Source: Nannocystales bacterium
GTDB lineage: Bacteria > Myxococcota_A > Polyangia > Nannocystales > Nannocystaceae
DNA: 64,000 nucleotides
Direction of reading: 5' to 3'
Assembly (NCBI GenBank): GCA_050633305.1
Contig: JBOEGF010000001.1
Location: 128,001-192,000, forward strand
In this document: positions 35,250-44,841 of the stretch, one piece after another
Layout: every line of letters begins with the position of its first letter
Position numbering within the stretch: position 1 is the stretch's first letter
Position numbers and translations under genes: made by a program
Notes under the pieces: generated by a model
The model's database searches: none
Told to the model about the DNA's origin: nothing
What the model saw: only the letters and a program-made list of their open reading frames with translations

Positions 35250-38200
35250 CTAGCCCTCGACGGGGCTGAAGCCGCCGATCTGCCGCGCGTTGAGCGGGAC
35301 GACGTAGCTCGACGTCGACACAGGCGGCTGGTCGTCGTTGTTGTCACACGCGACGTTGGGCTTGGGGTCGGGCTGCGGCCCGCAGTTGCCGTCCTCGCAT
35401 GCGCCCCCACTCGACTGCTCGACCCCGGTCATCGAAAGACCGCGTTCGAAGCTTGGGTTCGTGAACTCGACGCTGTCTTCGCTCGCGCCGTTTTCGAAGT
35501 TGAAGCCGCTGCTGCTTTCGACGCTGAGCTGGAACGAGATCTCAAACGTGGCGCCTTGGTCGACGTGCCAGGTCTGCGTGGCGGGCTCGTAGAAGCGAGG
35601 GTCGCAGCTCTCGATCGGAGGCTCGTGGACGAAGTACGTGACCTCGACGACCTCAACTCCGTCGACGACGGTCGGCGTCTCACCCGAGGCGTCCACGACC
35701 CCACGTGTCACGATTCGAGGAGAGCGGATGGGCCGCGTGTTCGGTGCGAAGTTCCTCGTCTCCGAGACCTCGGCGGCGCCGGGGTAGGGGACGAATCGAC
35801 GCTCTCGGCTGATGTCGCTGAGCGCGAGTCTCATGTACCCGGGGTAGTCTCCGATGTCCTCGAGCGTCATCTTCGGGGCCCCCGAGGGGATCGCGAACCC
35901 TTCCACCGCATCACCCCGGTGGTCGTCAGCCAACAGATACAGACTCGAGTGAAACCGGTTGCTGTCGTCGGTCGGGTTGACTGCGCTGTCGGTGTGGGAG
36001 CCGCTGACGAGCGCGACGAGGAACTGGTCGGTGCCCTGTGAGGGCTCGCCCGACCCCGCGCTGCTCTCGTCGTCGATCCTGTCGTTGGCGGTGACCGCGG
36101 GGGCGAACACGAAGGGGTCGCCCTCGTTGCCGGGGGAGATCGTGCAGCTGTCTCCGATGCCTACGCAAGCGCGGAACTGGGCGACCGGTGTTGCTGTACT
36201 GCCCCACGTACCGCCGCTGTCGGCCTCGTGTGCGGTGTCTCGTCCGATGTCCCAGCGGAACAAGCGACCCGATGGGTCTGCGATGTAGGTCTCTTGGGCC
36301 TCTCCCCAGAAGCGGCTGAGGCAATGTGTTGCAACCGCCGCGTCGCCGACGAGTCCGAATGCGTCGTCGAAGGCATCGGCATCCGGGGCGCCAACATCGA
36401 CGTGCTCGATCAGCTCTCCCGTTGTCGCTTCGATCCGGAGCAAGTACCGCCCCGCTTGCCCGCCCACCTCGTCGCCATAGCCGGACCCGACCACGAGGAA
36501 GCTCTCCGGCTCGTTGGCCATATCGTCTGCGGGAACATGGAAACTCAGCGAGGGACGGGACCAGGTCTCGCCCAGGAGCGGATCGTAGGTGGCCGCGTGG
36601 TCATCGTCGTCGGTGGTCCAGAGCACCTCGATCGGCTGTGCCGGGGACTGTGGGGACATGTGACTCACATCCAGTGCGACGTAGTCATGTCCTCCGGGGC
36701 CATACCCGAAGACCGCGAGATGGCGCCATTTGTGGTCCGCCTCGTCGGCGTCCGAGTCGTCGTAGACCCACCCGACGTTGACCGTCGAGGAGATCCCATA
36801 GATGTGCTCGTCGAGGGCTTCTGGTTGACCTGCGGCTGCCGCTCCGAAGTCGGCCTGTTGCGCTACCGTTTGAAGCATGGACCGTGGCAGGTAGCCCCAG
36901 ATCTCGTTGCCGCTGTTGTACTGGAACGCGTGCAGCATCCCCATGTCGTCGCCGATGAGGACGGCCTCTTGGTACTCGTAGTGCCCCGCGCCACCGCCGT
37001 AGCGGGTGTCCCAGGCCTCCCGGGCGAAGTCCTCGAGGCTTTGGGGGAGGGCGCCCGCGTCTTCCTCGGAGAGTCTGCGACCACCGCAGTGCGGGTCGCG
37101 GATGGCCACGGAGGGCACGCTCGAGGTTCGCAACGGGGGAATGCGCCGGACCAGAGTTGGTGTCGATGACGCGACGCCGGGCAGTTTCCATCCATCAGGC
37201 CAGTCTCGTCCGCCGATGAACGCCGCAATGGCGTTGGCTTTCTCCTGCTCATCCGGGGCGGCGATGATGCCTTCTTCCTCTAGGAGAGCTCGGAAGGCGG
37301 ACTCCGCGACGCCATCCTCGTCGTAGATCCGAAGAAGCTGGCCCGTCGCGGTGGTGGTGTAGATGCTGCGCGAGTTCCAGTCCGTGTCGCGCAGACACTC
37401 GCCCGCGTCCCATGTATGGGACTGCGGGCACGGCCCGAACGTCTCCTCGACCTCGTCGACCGACCACTCGGGGGAGGGAAGTTGACACTGGGTCAGAAGC
37501 TCATCGCCTTCGTCACGGTGCTCGCACAGCGACCGTCGGACCGAGCCTCTCCAGCCTGGCCACGTCGTACTGGCTTGGAGGGAGGTCTGCAGGGCCTCTC
37601 CTTGGCCCGCCACACCCGCCGCGCCGACGCCAAACTCGTTCGCGGTGGCCCCGGAGCCCGAGCTGAGGTCGACCTCGAGGGCGGCTGTGACGATCCCGGT
37701 GAGCACGGCAGCAAGCTCGTCGGACGAGTTGGCCAGATAGGCACATTCCCCCGCAGGGTTGTCCGGGTTGGCGCAGGTGTCCCAGGCCGAAGCCGGGTCG
37801 TCGTCGCACGGAGAGGCACAGCTTGCGCCGTCGCAGGCCCCCGCGGCCGAGCACGCCATGTTGTTGATCTCGCCGGTGCTCTGAAAGAACCCGACGACGT
37901 ACGTCTGCACGCCGAGGTCTCGTCGTAGCGCGGCGAGCCGGCCGTACAGGGTCGAGCCCCCCTGGTTGGAGGGACTCGGGACTCCGTCCGTGAGAAGGAC
38001 CGCCGCGGTCGGTGCACATACGCCTCCCGCGCTCTGGGCGGTGACGAAGCTGAGGTAGCTCGCGACAGATTGATGGCTTCCCTCGGTGTTCGCGAGAGGG
38101 AAGGCGTCGGTGACCTCTCCGACGACCGATGCCCAGGGGGTCCCGCCTGCCGCATCGATGCCGCCCTCGATGAGGGGCGCCGTCTTGTCCAGCACCGCGA

Positions 38201-39185
38201 GTGATGCCTCGTCGACCGTGGCGGGTCCCCAGTTCGCTTCGGCGACGCTCGACTCGGAGAGGTCGAGGTAGAACGGCGCGTAGAGCTTGGCCTCATTGAC
38301 CGAGTTGTTCTGCCCGATGACGCCACCGGCATTGAGCCCATTGTCGTACGGCCACAGCACATAGCCCGCGTACTGTGGGAACCCGTCGACGTAGGGCCAG
38401 TAGTAGAAATCGTGCCCCCACACGTTGGTGTTGCGGTTGATGTCGTCGGACCCGTAGTCACCGTAGGTCTCATCGAGTACCCGCCGGTCGGGGTCGGTCT
38501 CGGCGTTGAGCTGGGCGCGGACGCCCATGAAGCGCGGGAACCACTGCACCTGCCGATCCGCGTTGCTGCTGTCGTTCGCGTTGGTCCCGATCAACGGTGA
38601 GTCGGGGAGCTCACCGCTTTGGTTGTTGGCGTTGACGGTCGCAAACCTGCCGAGGTCATCCCATCGAAGGTAGGGGTAGGGGCGCTGCTCGCTCCCCTGG
38701 CACAGGCGCCAAGCCCCGTTGATGCCGGGATACGTCCAAATGCTGCTCCACCAGAAGTAGCCGTAGTCGGTGACCCACGCAAAGCGGTGATCGTCGGCGC
38801 ACTTCGTCGGGGTCCACGTCGGCGGGTCGTACTGGTCAAACGACATCAAGGCGAAGGAGGCCGTGTCTCCGGTCGCCGAGATGACGTTGTTGATGGTCCG
38901 CCGCGCCGCCGAGATCCGACTCTCGCGGGTGTCGGTCTGGGTTTCGCAGTCGCCCCAGCTGCACTGTTGGTCGACTGCGGTCGCGCGCCAACTCATCGAG
39001 CCAGACGTATCGACGACGAAGAGGATCCGCGGTCGTACATCTCCGGAGCCGAGCCCACGCAGGACGTAGTAGGGGTCCAGGCGCGCTTGCGAGTCGCGTG
39101 CCCCCGAGGCGAGCACCAGCACTGCCAAGGCGAGCAGACCTGCGACGTGCAGGAACTGAGAGAAGCGAGCGTACCGAGCGTGCAT
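35250..39185 (-). CDS. PilY1-like adhesin (signal peptide + vWA + PilY1-type beta-propeller), paralog B
   Basis: Same motifs and collinear with 30932..34855, from RLDPYYVLRGLG to SYVVPLNARQ. Confidence 0.8.
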   Translation of the reverse strand: MHARYARFSQFLHVAGLLALAVLVLASGARDSQARLDPYYVLRGLGSGDVRPRILFVVDTSGSMSWRATAVDQQCSWGDCETQTDTRESRISAARRTINNVISATGDTASFALMSFDQYDPPTWTPTKCADDHRFAWVTDYGYFWWSSIWTYPGINGAWRLCQGSEQRPYPYLRWDDLGRFATVNANNQSGELPDSPLIGTNANDSSNADRQVQWFPRFMGVRAQLNAETDPDRRVLDETYGDYGSDDINRNTNVWGHDFYYWPYVDGFPQYAGYVLWPYDNGLNAGGVIGQNNSVNEAKLYAPFYLDLSESSVAEANWGPATVDEASLAVLDKTAPLIEGGIDAAGGTPWASVVGEVTDAFPLANTEGSHQSVASYLSFVTAQSAGGVCAPTAAVLLTDGVPSPSNQGGSTLYGRLAALRRDLGVQTYVVGFFQSTGEINNMACSAAGACDGASCASPCDDDPASAWDTCANPDNPAGECAYLANSSDELAAVLTGIVTAALEVDLSSGSGATANEFGVGAAGVAGQGEALQTSLQASTTWPGWRGSVRRSLCEHRDEGDELLTQCQLPSPEWSVDEVEETFGPCPQSHTWDAGECLRDTDWNSRSIYTTTATGQLLRIYDEDGVAESAFRALLEEEGIIAAPDEQEKANAIAAFIGGRDWPDGWKLPGVASSTPTLVRRIPPLRTSSVPSVAIRDPHCGGRRLSEEDAGALPQSLEDFAREAWDTRYGGGAGHYEYQEAVLIGDDMGMLHAFQYNSGNEIWGYLPRSMLQTVAQQADFGAAAAGQPEALDEHIYGISSTVNVGWVYDDSDADEADHKWRHLAVFGYGPGGHDYVALDVSHMSPQSPAQPIEVLWTTDDDDHAATYDPLLGETWSRPSLSFHVPADDMANEPESFLVVGSGYGDEVGGQAGRYLLRIEATTGELIEHVDVGAPDADAFDDAFGLVGDAAVATHCLSRFWGEAQETYIADPSGRLFRWDIGRDTAHEADSGGTWGSTATPVAQFRACVGIGDSCTISPGNEGDPFVFAPAVTANDRIDDESSAGSGEPSQGTDQFLVALVSGSHTDSAVNPTDDSNRFHSSLYLLADDHRGDAVEGFAIPSGAPKMTLEDIGDYPGYMRLALSDISRERRFVPYPGAAEVSETRNFAPNTRPIRSPRIVTRGVVDASGETPTVVDGVEVVEVTYFVHEPPIESCDPRFYEPATQTWHVDQGATFEISFQLSVESSSGFNFENGASEDSVEFTNPSFERGLSMTGVEQSSGGACEDGNCGPQPDPKPNVACDNNDDQPPVSTSSYVVPLNARQIGGFSPVEG

Positions 39186-39203
39186 TCGTCCGGCCCCACA
39201 GGG

Positions 39204-39219
39204 AGCAAGCCGCGTGCCG
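39204..39219 (-). promoter_or_regulatory. Sigma54 (-24/-12) promoter of PilY1-like paralog B
   Basis: Minus strand CGGCACGCGGCTTGCT, close to the consensus TGGCACG-N4-TTGCT. Confidence 0.75.
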
Positions 39220-39312
39220 GTTGGGCACCGCTCGGTGTGCCGGTTGGGGCCGTGTTCGAAGGCCCATGCGGCCCGCTACGGGTCGCGGTTGCTGCGTGGT
39301 GGTCCGGGCATG

Positions 39313-39344
39313 AAAAAGCCAGCGCCACGGAAGCGGCGCTGGCT
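39313..39344 (-). terminator. Rho-independent terminator of the fadL-like gene
   Basis: Minus strand agccagcgcc-gcttccgt-ggcgctggct followed by a T run. Confidence 0.85.
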
Positions 39345-39365
39345 GGTCAGGACTGACGCCAACCG

Positions 39366-41006
39366 TCAGAACGAGATGTCGGCGGAGATGTTGAACAGCT
39401 GGAGGAACTGCGTGTACACCCCGTCGGCACTGGGCTGACGTGTCGGCGCCGGGAAGCGGTTGAGCGCGCTCTTCCCCTTGGTGCTGGTTCGCAGGTAGAT
39501 CAGCTCCGTCGCGGTGAAGGCCATCGCGAGGTGCTTGATGATCTGCCAGCGCACGCCGGCCGAGATCGAGAACTTGTTCATGTCCATCAGTGCCGGGTCG
39601 AGCGTCTCGAGCGGCACCGCGCTGCTGTCGTAGCCCGCCCCGAGGTAGCCCTCGAGCTCAGGGATGAACCAGTACGAGCCACCGATACGAACACCGCCTG
39701 CGTCCTTCCAGAAGCGCGGCAAGTGCTGGACGACGCCCGCTGCGGGGTTGTCTTCTTCTCCAGTGCCTGCGCCGTAGCTCTCGGGGTCGTCGAGGGCGTT
39801 TTCCCCGTCGCCGAAGTCACAGGTGTGCTCGTTCTTCGACGACACGTTGATCAAGCACTGTCGATCGGACACGGACCAACGCGTGTAGTCGCCGAAGATC
39901 CGCAGCTCGTACTTGTCGGTGGGTCGGATCCGGAATCCGAGTCGGAAGATGTCCGGGAGGCTCTGCGTGAACTCGACGTCCGACTGATCGGGCTGGCTCG
40001 TTGCCAACGCGTTTTGCAGCTTGCCCTTGAGGGTCATGCCGCCGGTGATGTTGGGCTGCGAGGTGTACGACGCTCCGATGAAGTACTTGCCCTGCTTGAG
40101 CACGTCGTAGACGAGGCCGATTCCGAAACCACCTTGCCAGCCGTTGACGTCCACGAGGCTACGGCCCTCCTTGAGGGAGGTGTTGCCATCAGCATCGCGG
40201 GCGACCGTACCGTCGGAGTTGACGGTGACGAGGTCGTCGGTGCCGTCTGCGTTGCGGGCCCGCAGCGTGGTGACGTTGGAGCGGATCGCGGACCCGCTCA
40301 GACCGATCGACAGACCGATCTTGCGGATGTTGAACGCCAGCGCGCCCGTGATGTACATCGAGCGGATCGAGCCATCGATCGAGTACCAGCGCTGTTGGCC
40401 ATCGACCGCGCCCGGGTACTCGTCGTTGCCGTTGTAGACGCTGTTCTTGTCCCACACCGCCGACCCGCCGAAGGGGAAGGAGACGGAGAGTCCGCCGTAG
40501 ATGAAGTCGGTACCGAAGTCCGAGGACACCCCAAGGAACGGAGACGCGATGGCGTTGAACAACGAGGCTTTGCCATCGTTGGCGCCCGGAGCAAGCCCGA
40601 GTGTCTCCTGGTTGTTCTGCACCGGGTTCCCCCCGGCTGCCACGTCGTCGGGGCCGGCTGCGGGCCGTTCGTATCCGGCCCAGCGCAGCGCGATTGTGCC
40701 ATCGACGAAGATGTGCGTGCCCTTGGACAGGGCAATGCCGGCCGGGTTGTAGTAGATGGCCGTGGGGTTGTCGGTCGTCGGGTGACCGTGCTCGCCCCCG
40801 AATCGGGCGGCAGCGATGCCTGATGCGTTGGCATCACCGACGCCGGCAGCAGCGAAACAACCGACGAGGGCTGCTGCCCAGACGCCTGTGCTCCACTTCC
40901 CGGCGTTGCGGGCAGCGGTGCGTGAGGGCCTGGTCGCGGGCTGGGCCGCCGTGGCATCGGGTTTGCGGGTGCGTTGCGAAACCTTGGCTGTGCGTTGCTT
41001 CACCAT
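39366..41006 (-). CDS. OmpP1/FadL-family outer-membrane long-chain fatty acid/hydrophobic compound transporter
   Basis: Signal peptide; DNPTAIYYNPAGI (NPA motif); alternating beta-strands, WSV..., WKD, GYDSSAVP; terminal Phe. Confidence 0.85.
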   Translation of the reverse strand: MVKQRTAKVSQRTRKPDATAAQPATRPSRTAARNAGKWSTGVWAAALVGCFAAAGVGDANASGIAAARFGGEHGHPTTDNPTAIYYNPAGIALSKGTHIFVDGTIALRWAGYERPAAGPDDVAAGGNPVQNNQETLGLAPGANDGKASLFNAIASPFLGVSSDFGTDFIYGGLSVSFPFGGSAVWDKNSVYNGNDEYPGAVDGQQRWYSIDGSIRSMYITGALAFNIRKIGLSIGLSGSAIRSNVTTLRARNADGTDDLVTVNSDGTVARDADGNTSLKEGRSLVDVNGWQGGFGIGLVYDVLKQGKYFIGASYTSQPNITGGMTLKGKLQNALATSQPDQSDVEFTQSLPDIFRLGFRIRPTDKYELRIFGDYTRWSVSDRQCLINVSSKNEHTCDFGDGENALDDPESYGAGTGEEDNPAAGVVQHLPRFWKDAGGVRIGGSYWFIPELEGYLGAGYDSSAVPLETLDPALMDMNKFSISAGVRWQIIKHLAMAFTATELIYLRTSTKGKSALNRFPAPTRQPSADGVYTQFLQLFNISADISF

Positions 41007-41152
41007 CGGGAACTCCTGAATCCAAGCACCTGGCCCGGGGAGGGGAGGGACTGATCCGGCTTGTGCCGATCAGTGGTCGCACTCTACACTCTCGTCACGG
41101 AAATGGGGCGCCGCTTTTGGCTCCCGGTGCCGCCAAGGACGGAAGTCTTCTC

Positions 41153-41929
41153 ATGGCCTCTCGATCTCCAGCCGCTCGACGTTCGATCACCACCGCGCTC
41201 CCGCTCCCGTTCAACCTGCCCCGAAGGCTCGCGACGCTCGCGACCCTCGGCGGCGCAGCGCTGAGCTTGCTTGGCTGCCCGAGTCCCGAAGCCGAGGGTC
41301 GATACGACGAGTTCGCCGACAAGACCCAGGACATCCGGGACGACGCCGCCTCGGTGAAAATGGACGTGGCAGGAACGCTGGTCGACGTCACGGGCACATT
41401 CCACTTCTCGCTGACCGCGACTCCGGTCGCGCCTACGACCCCGTTCCAGTTTGTCGCGACGACGACGTACACCCCTGCCGAGGCCGGCGGTGGGCAGCTC
41501 GACATTGCGTTGCAGCCTCTGTCGCTTGAGATCGGTGCCACCAACACGCCGCGGGAGTTCACGGGGGAGCCGGTCCTGCTCTCGTTCCCAGTCGACGACG
41601 CTGGGGCGTTCGACGCTGATTTGGGGGAGATCAATCTGATCGGAGACGCGAACCCGGTCACCGGAAGTGACATCGTCGCCACGATGCAGCTCCAGGGTGC
41701 GATTCAAGACGAAGACGTGTACTGCGGCAACGTCGGAGGCATGGTCACGGTGCCGGCCAACATCGACCTCACCGGTTCTACATTCGCGGCCATTCGCATC
41801 AATCCCGAAGACGCGATGACGCCCGACCTGCTCCCCGACCCTCCGGTCGGAGCATGTCCGGAAGGCGGCGGTTCGAGCGACACCGACGGTGGCTCGGGCG
41901 GCGACACCGACACCGCGACGGGCGGCTGA
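41153..41929 (+). CDS. Hypothetical beta-rich lipoprotein divergent from fadL
   Basis: Lipobox LLGC; ANPVTGSDI and CG..GG motifs. Confidence 0.7.
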   Translation: MASRSPAARRSITTALPLPFNLPRRLATLATLGGAALSLLGCPSPEAEGRYDEFADKTQDIRDDAASVKMDVAGTLVDVTGTFHFSLTATPVAPTTPFQFVATTTYTPAEAGGGQLDIALQPLSLEIGATNTPREFTGEPVLLSFPVDDAGAFDADLGEINLIGDANPVTGSDIVATMQLQGAIQDEDVYCGNVGGMVTVPANIDLTGSTFAAIRINPEDAMTPDLLPDPPVGACPEGGGSSDTDGGSGGDTDTATGG

Positions 41930-41933
41930 GCTG

Positions 41934-42830
41934 ATGACCCCCGCAACGTTCGATCCCGAACGGCCGGCGCCCGTCTGGACGGCTCCTCTTGGCACGATCG
42001 AAGGGGCGTCCGACGTTGGTGTCCTCGTGTTCACCGGCTATGGTCTCAATTGCGAGGATGAGACATCCGCGGGTTTCGAGATGCTCGGAGCCCGCACCAG
42101 CGTCCGGCACTTCTCCGATGTGATCGACGATCCGGCGGCGTTCGAACGCGTCCGCATCGTCGTGTTCGGGGGTGGCTTCTCGTTCGGCGATCACATCGCA
42201 TCGGGCCGGGTGTTTGCGAACCGCGTCAAAGCCAGGTTGGGCGATCGACTCGCCCGGTTCGTCGACGACGGCGGCTTGGTGCTCGGCATCTGCAACGGGT
42301 TCCAGACCATCGTCAAGCTTGGCCTGGTCCCCGGACTCGAGCGACGCGTGGGGGATCCTCTGGCCGCTCAACAGGCGACCGTGGTTCACAATGATCGCCT
42401 CGGATATCGCAACGCGTGGGTCCGGCTCGCGGTCGACCCAGACTCGCCGTGTGTCTTCACCCGAGGCGCGACGAAGGCGTTGCTCGAGGTTCCGAGCCGA
42501 CACGGCGAGGGCAAGGTCTTGCTCGACCCGGAGTTCGAAGCCGAGGTTCTCGCGAAGGGGCTCGTCCCGGTTCGATACGCCGATGCATCGGGCGCGCCCA
42601 CGCAACGGTGGCCGGACAACCCGAATGGGTCGCCGGGTGCCGTCGCAGGACTCTGCGATCCGACGGGCCGGATCTTCGGACTGATGCCTCACCCTGAGGC
42701 GTACCTCTACCCGGAGAACCACCCCAACTGGATCGCACAACGGGACCAGGGGTGCCTGCCGACGCACGGTGCGGGGCTCGGGATCCTTGCCGGCGGCGTC
42801 CGAGCCGCTCTTGCGCCGACCACCTCCTGA
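41934..42830 (+). CDS. purQ: FGAM synthase glutamine amidotransferase subunit PurQ
   Basis: GYGLNCEDE, GGFSFGD, LGICNGFQ (catalytic Cys), RHGEG, NPNGS, GLMPHPE. Confidence 0.93.
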   Translation: MTPATFDPERPAPVWTAPLGTIEGASDVGVLVFTGYGLNCEDETSAGFEMLGARTSVRHFSDVIDDPAAFERVRIVVFGGGFSFGDHIASGRVFANRVKARLGDRLARFVDDGGLVLGICNGFQTIVKLGLVPGLERRVGDPLAAQQATVVHNDRLGYRNAWVRLAVDPDSPCVFTRGATKALLEVPSRHGEGKVLLDPEFEAEVLAKGLVPVRYADASGAPTQRWPDNPNGSPGAVAGLCDPTGRIFGLMPHPEAYLYPENHPNWIAQRDQGCLPTHGAGLGILAGGVRAALAPTTS

Positions 42831-42897
42831 ACCCGTTCCAAGCGCGTCGTGCCGCCAGCGGCGGGCACTGGCCCACGGATGTGCGAGAGTATCGGGC

Positions 42898-44754
42898 ATG
42901 ACGGGGGACTCGCGGACGGATCTCGAGGCGCTTCGGCGCAGTGGAAGCGGGAAAATCCTCGCGCTCGGCGTACTGCTCTTGGCGGCCCTGGGTGCCGCTT
43001 CGTGGTTCCTTTTCTTCCGAGCCGAAGGCATCGGCGCCCCCGAGCGGGCCGACAAAGTCCTCGTGGTCCGGGCCGGCAACATCGCCGGGTACAGCGCGGT
43101 TTTGGGTCGGGACGGGTTCGACGCAGCGGAGGGCAGCCTCGAGCACTGGGTCGAGAAGGCCCGTCTCGAGCTGCCCGATCCGCCCGAGGGGACGGATGTC
43201 CAGATCGTGCTCACGCTTGCAGACCACTTTGGCTACGGCTACGTGGTGTTCGAGCACCCCGCCGAGGTCGACTTCAGCGAGATCGACATCGAAGGGATGC
43301 CGGAGTTCGAGGAGCATGTTCGGTTCGCCGCACTGTCGGTCGGCGACTTCGCGTTCCCCCATCAGATGACGGTCAACCCGGAGCCCTCCACCGCGTTGCG
43401 GCGGGTCGAGATCGGGTTGCTTCAAGCCCTTTTCGCGCAAGAGGCCCTCGCCCAAGCGCTTCCGGAGAACGATTCCGCGTCCGTGGAGTCGATCCAACTG
43501 CGCTCCAGGCTCGAGGACGCCATCGTCGACCTGGACCTCGTCGACCGGGCAGAGGCGCTGGCCGAAGAGACGGTGAGCGAGATCTCTCGCGTGCTTCGTG
43601 AGGAGCGAGGGCGCAATCAGCCTGTCCGCCTCGCCGGGGACAATGACGGCGGGCGGGCGGTTCCCAATCCCCGCGGTGGCGTGGTCTCCCTGGTGCGTCA
43701 CTTCGACGTCGTCAGCGACGATGGCATCCGGGCCGAGCTGGAGTGGTCGCCGCAAGAAGTGTTCACAGCTCCGCAGCCGAGCGAGCAAGGGCGCGCGCCG
43801 TTGTGCGCTCCCATGTTCAACCACGCCGCGCTGGACGGTCCTCCGGTGGACCTCATCGCTTCGCCCGACGGGGCTGCGCTTCTCATCGAAAGGCGAGGGA
43901 GACCGCAGCAGGTTTGGATGTCCTCACCACAGGCAGAGTGCGGCTACGTGTTCGCCGACCTCCCCGAGAGCGGTCTGCAGGAGGTCGCGGACACGGTGCC
44001 TGGTCGCGAGTTTGTGGCGCGTCTTGGTACGATCGACGCAGAGGCAACCTTCGAGTTCGTCGACGCGCTCAAGGGCACCGCGACCCTCGTCGAGCTCACC
44101 GGGGTCGCCATTCGAGACGCCGCGTGGCTCGATGCGCGGTTCATGGCCGCGACCGGGGATGACGGCTTGGTCTACCTTCTCGATGCGAAGCGCGAGTCGA
44201 AGCCGCTGTCGGTCATGCCGACCAAGCTCGGCCGGGACCCCGCGTTGTTCGAAGTGGCCAAGCTCTCCGACGACAGCCTGGTCCTCACCGTAGGGGCGGA
44301 GCCTCGGCGTCTCGTTCGACTCCAGGCCAACGTGTCATGGGGCGCGCTGTTCCAGGCGCCGCCGGCTTTGCCCGCGCTGGAGCCCACACCCGGCTCGGAT
44401 GAGCAACCTCAGGACCCCCCGGCGGTCACGGTTCGGCTCGACTCGGCGGCGTTCACGACCACCACACTGACACGGGCCGGGATCGCCCGCGAACCGGTCG
44501 GATCGCCCGACGGATCTTCGGTCGCGTTCACGATTCTCGATCGCGCGCTGGATGACCCAGGGCAGGGCCGGGACTCCGAGATCGCGCTGATCGGTGCGGC
44601 AGGAGGCGATCTCGAGCTGTTGACCAAGAACGGCGTCCGCGATCGTTCCCCACGATTCACCGCGGACGGCGGCACGGTGCTGTTTCAGACCCGCGTCGAG
44701 ATGCCTCGTAGCAGCTGGCGGGTCGAGGTGCCTCGGGGTGTGGCAGTTCGCTGA
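42898..44754 (+). CDS. Membrane-anchored protein with TolB/PD40-like beta-propeller repeats
   Basis: N-terminal TM; SPDGAAL, PVGSPDGSSVAFT and DRSPRFTADGGTVLF. Confidence 0.65.
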   Translation: MTGDSRTDLEALRRSGSGKILALGVLLLAALGAASWFLFFRAEGIGAPERADKVLVVRAGNIAGYSAVLGRDGFDAAEGSLEHWVEKARLELPDPPEGTDVQIVLTLADHFGYGYVVFEHPAEVDFSEIDIEGMPEFEEHVRFAALSVGDFAFPHQMTVNPEPSTALRRVEIGLLQALFAQEALAQALPENDSASVESIQLRSRLEDAIVDLDLVDRAEALAEETVSEISRVLREERGRNQPVRLAGDNDGGRAVPNPRGGVVSLVRHFDVVSDDGIRAELEWSPQEVFTAPQPSEQGRAPLCAPMFNHAALDGPPVDLIASPDGAALLIERRGRPQQVWMSSPQAECGYVFADLPESGLQEVADTVPGREFVARLGTIDAEATFEFVDALKGTATLVELTGVAIRDAAWLDARFMAATGDDGLVYLLDAKRESKPLSVMPTKLGRDPALFEVAKLSDDSLVLTVGAEPRRLVRLQANVSWGALFQAPPALPALEPTPGSDEQPQDPPAVTVRLDSAAFTTTTLTRAGIAREPVGSPDGSSVAFTILDRALDDPGQGRDSEIALIGAAGGDLELLTKNGVRDRSPRFTADGGTVLFQTRVEMPRSSWRVEVPRGVAVR

Positions 44755-44841
44755 CGAGGGCTGCGTCCGACGATAGTTTGATCGATTGAGCCCCGATTCC
44801 CACTCACCCGCTGCCGCCGCCAAACGCGGGGGCGTGGTGAT

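Noticed and set aside
30932..39185. Diversity-generating retroelement or assembly artefact explaining the duplicated PilY1-like genes
   Set aside because: No reverse transcriptase. Divergence is spread throughout both genes at synonymous and non-synonymous sites, consistent with an old duplication.
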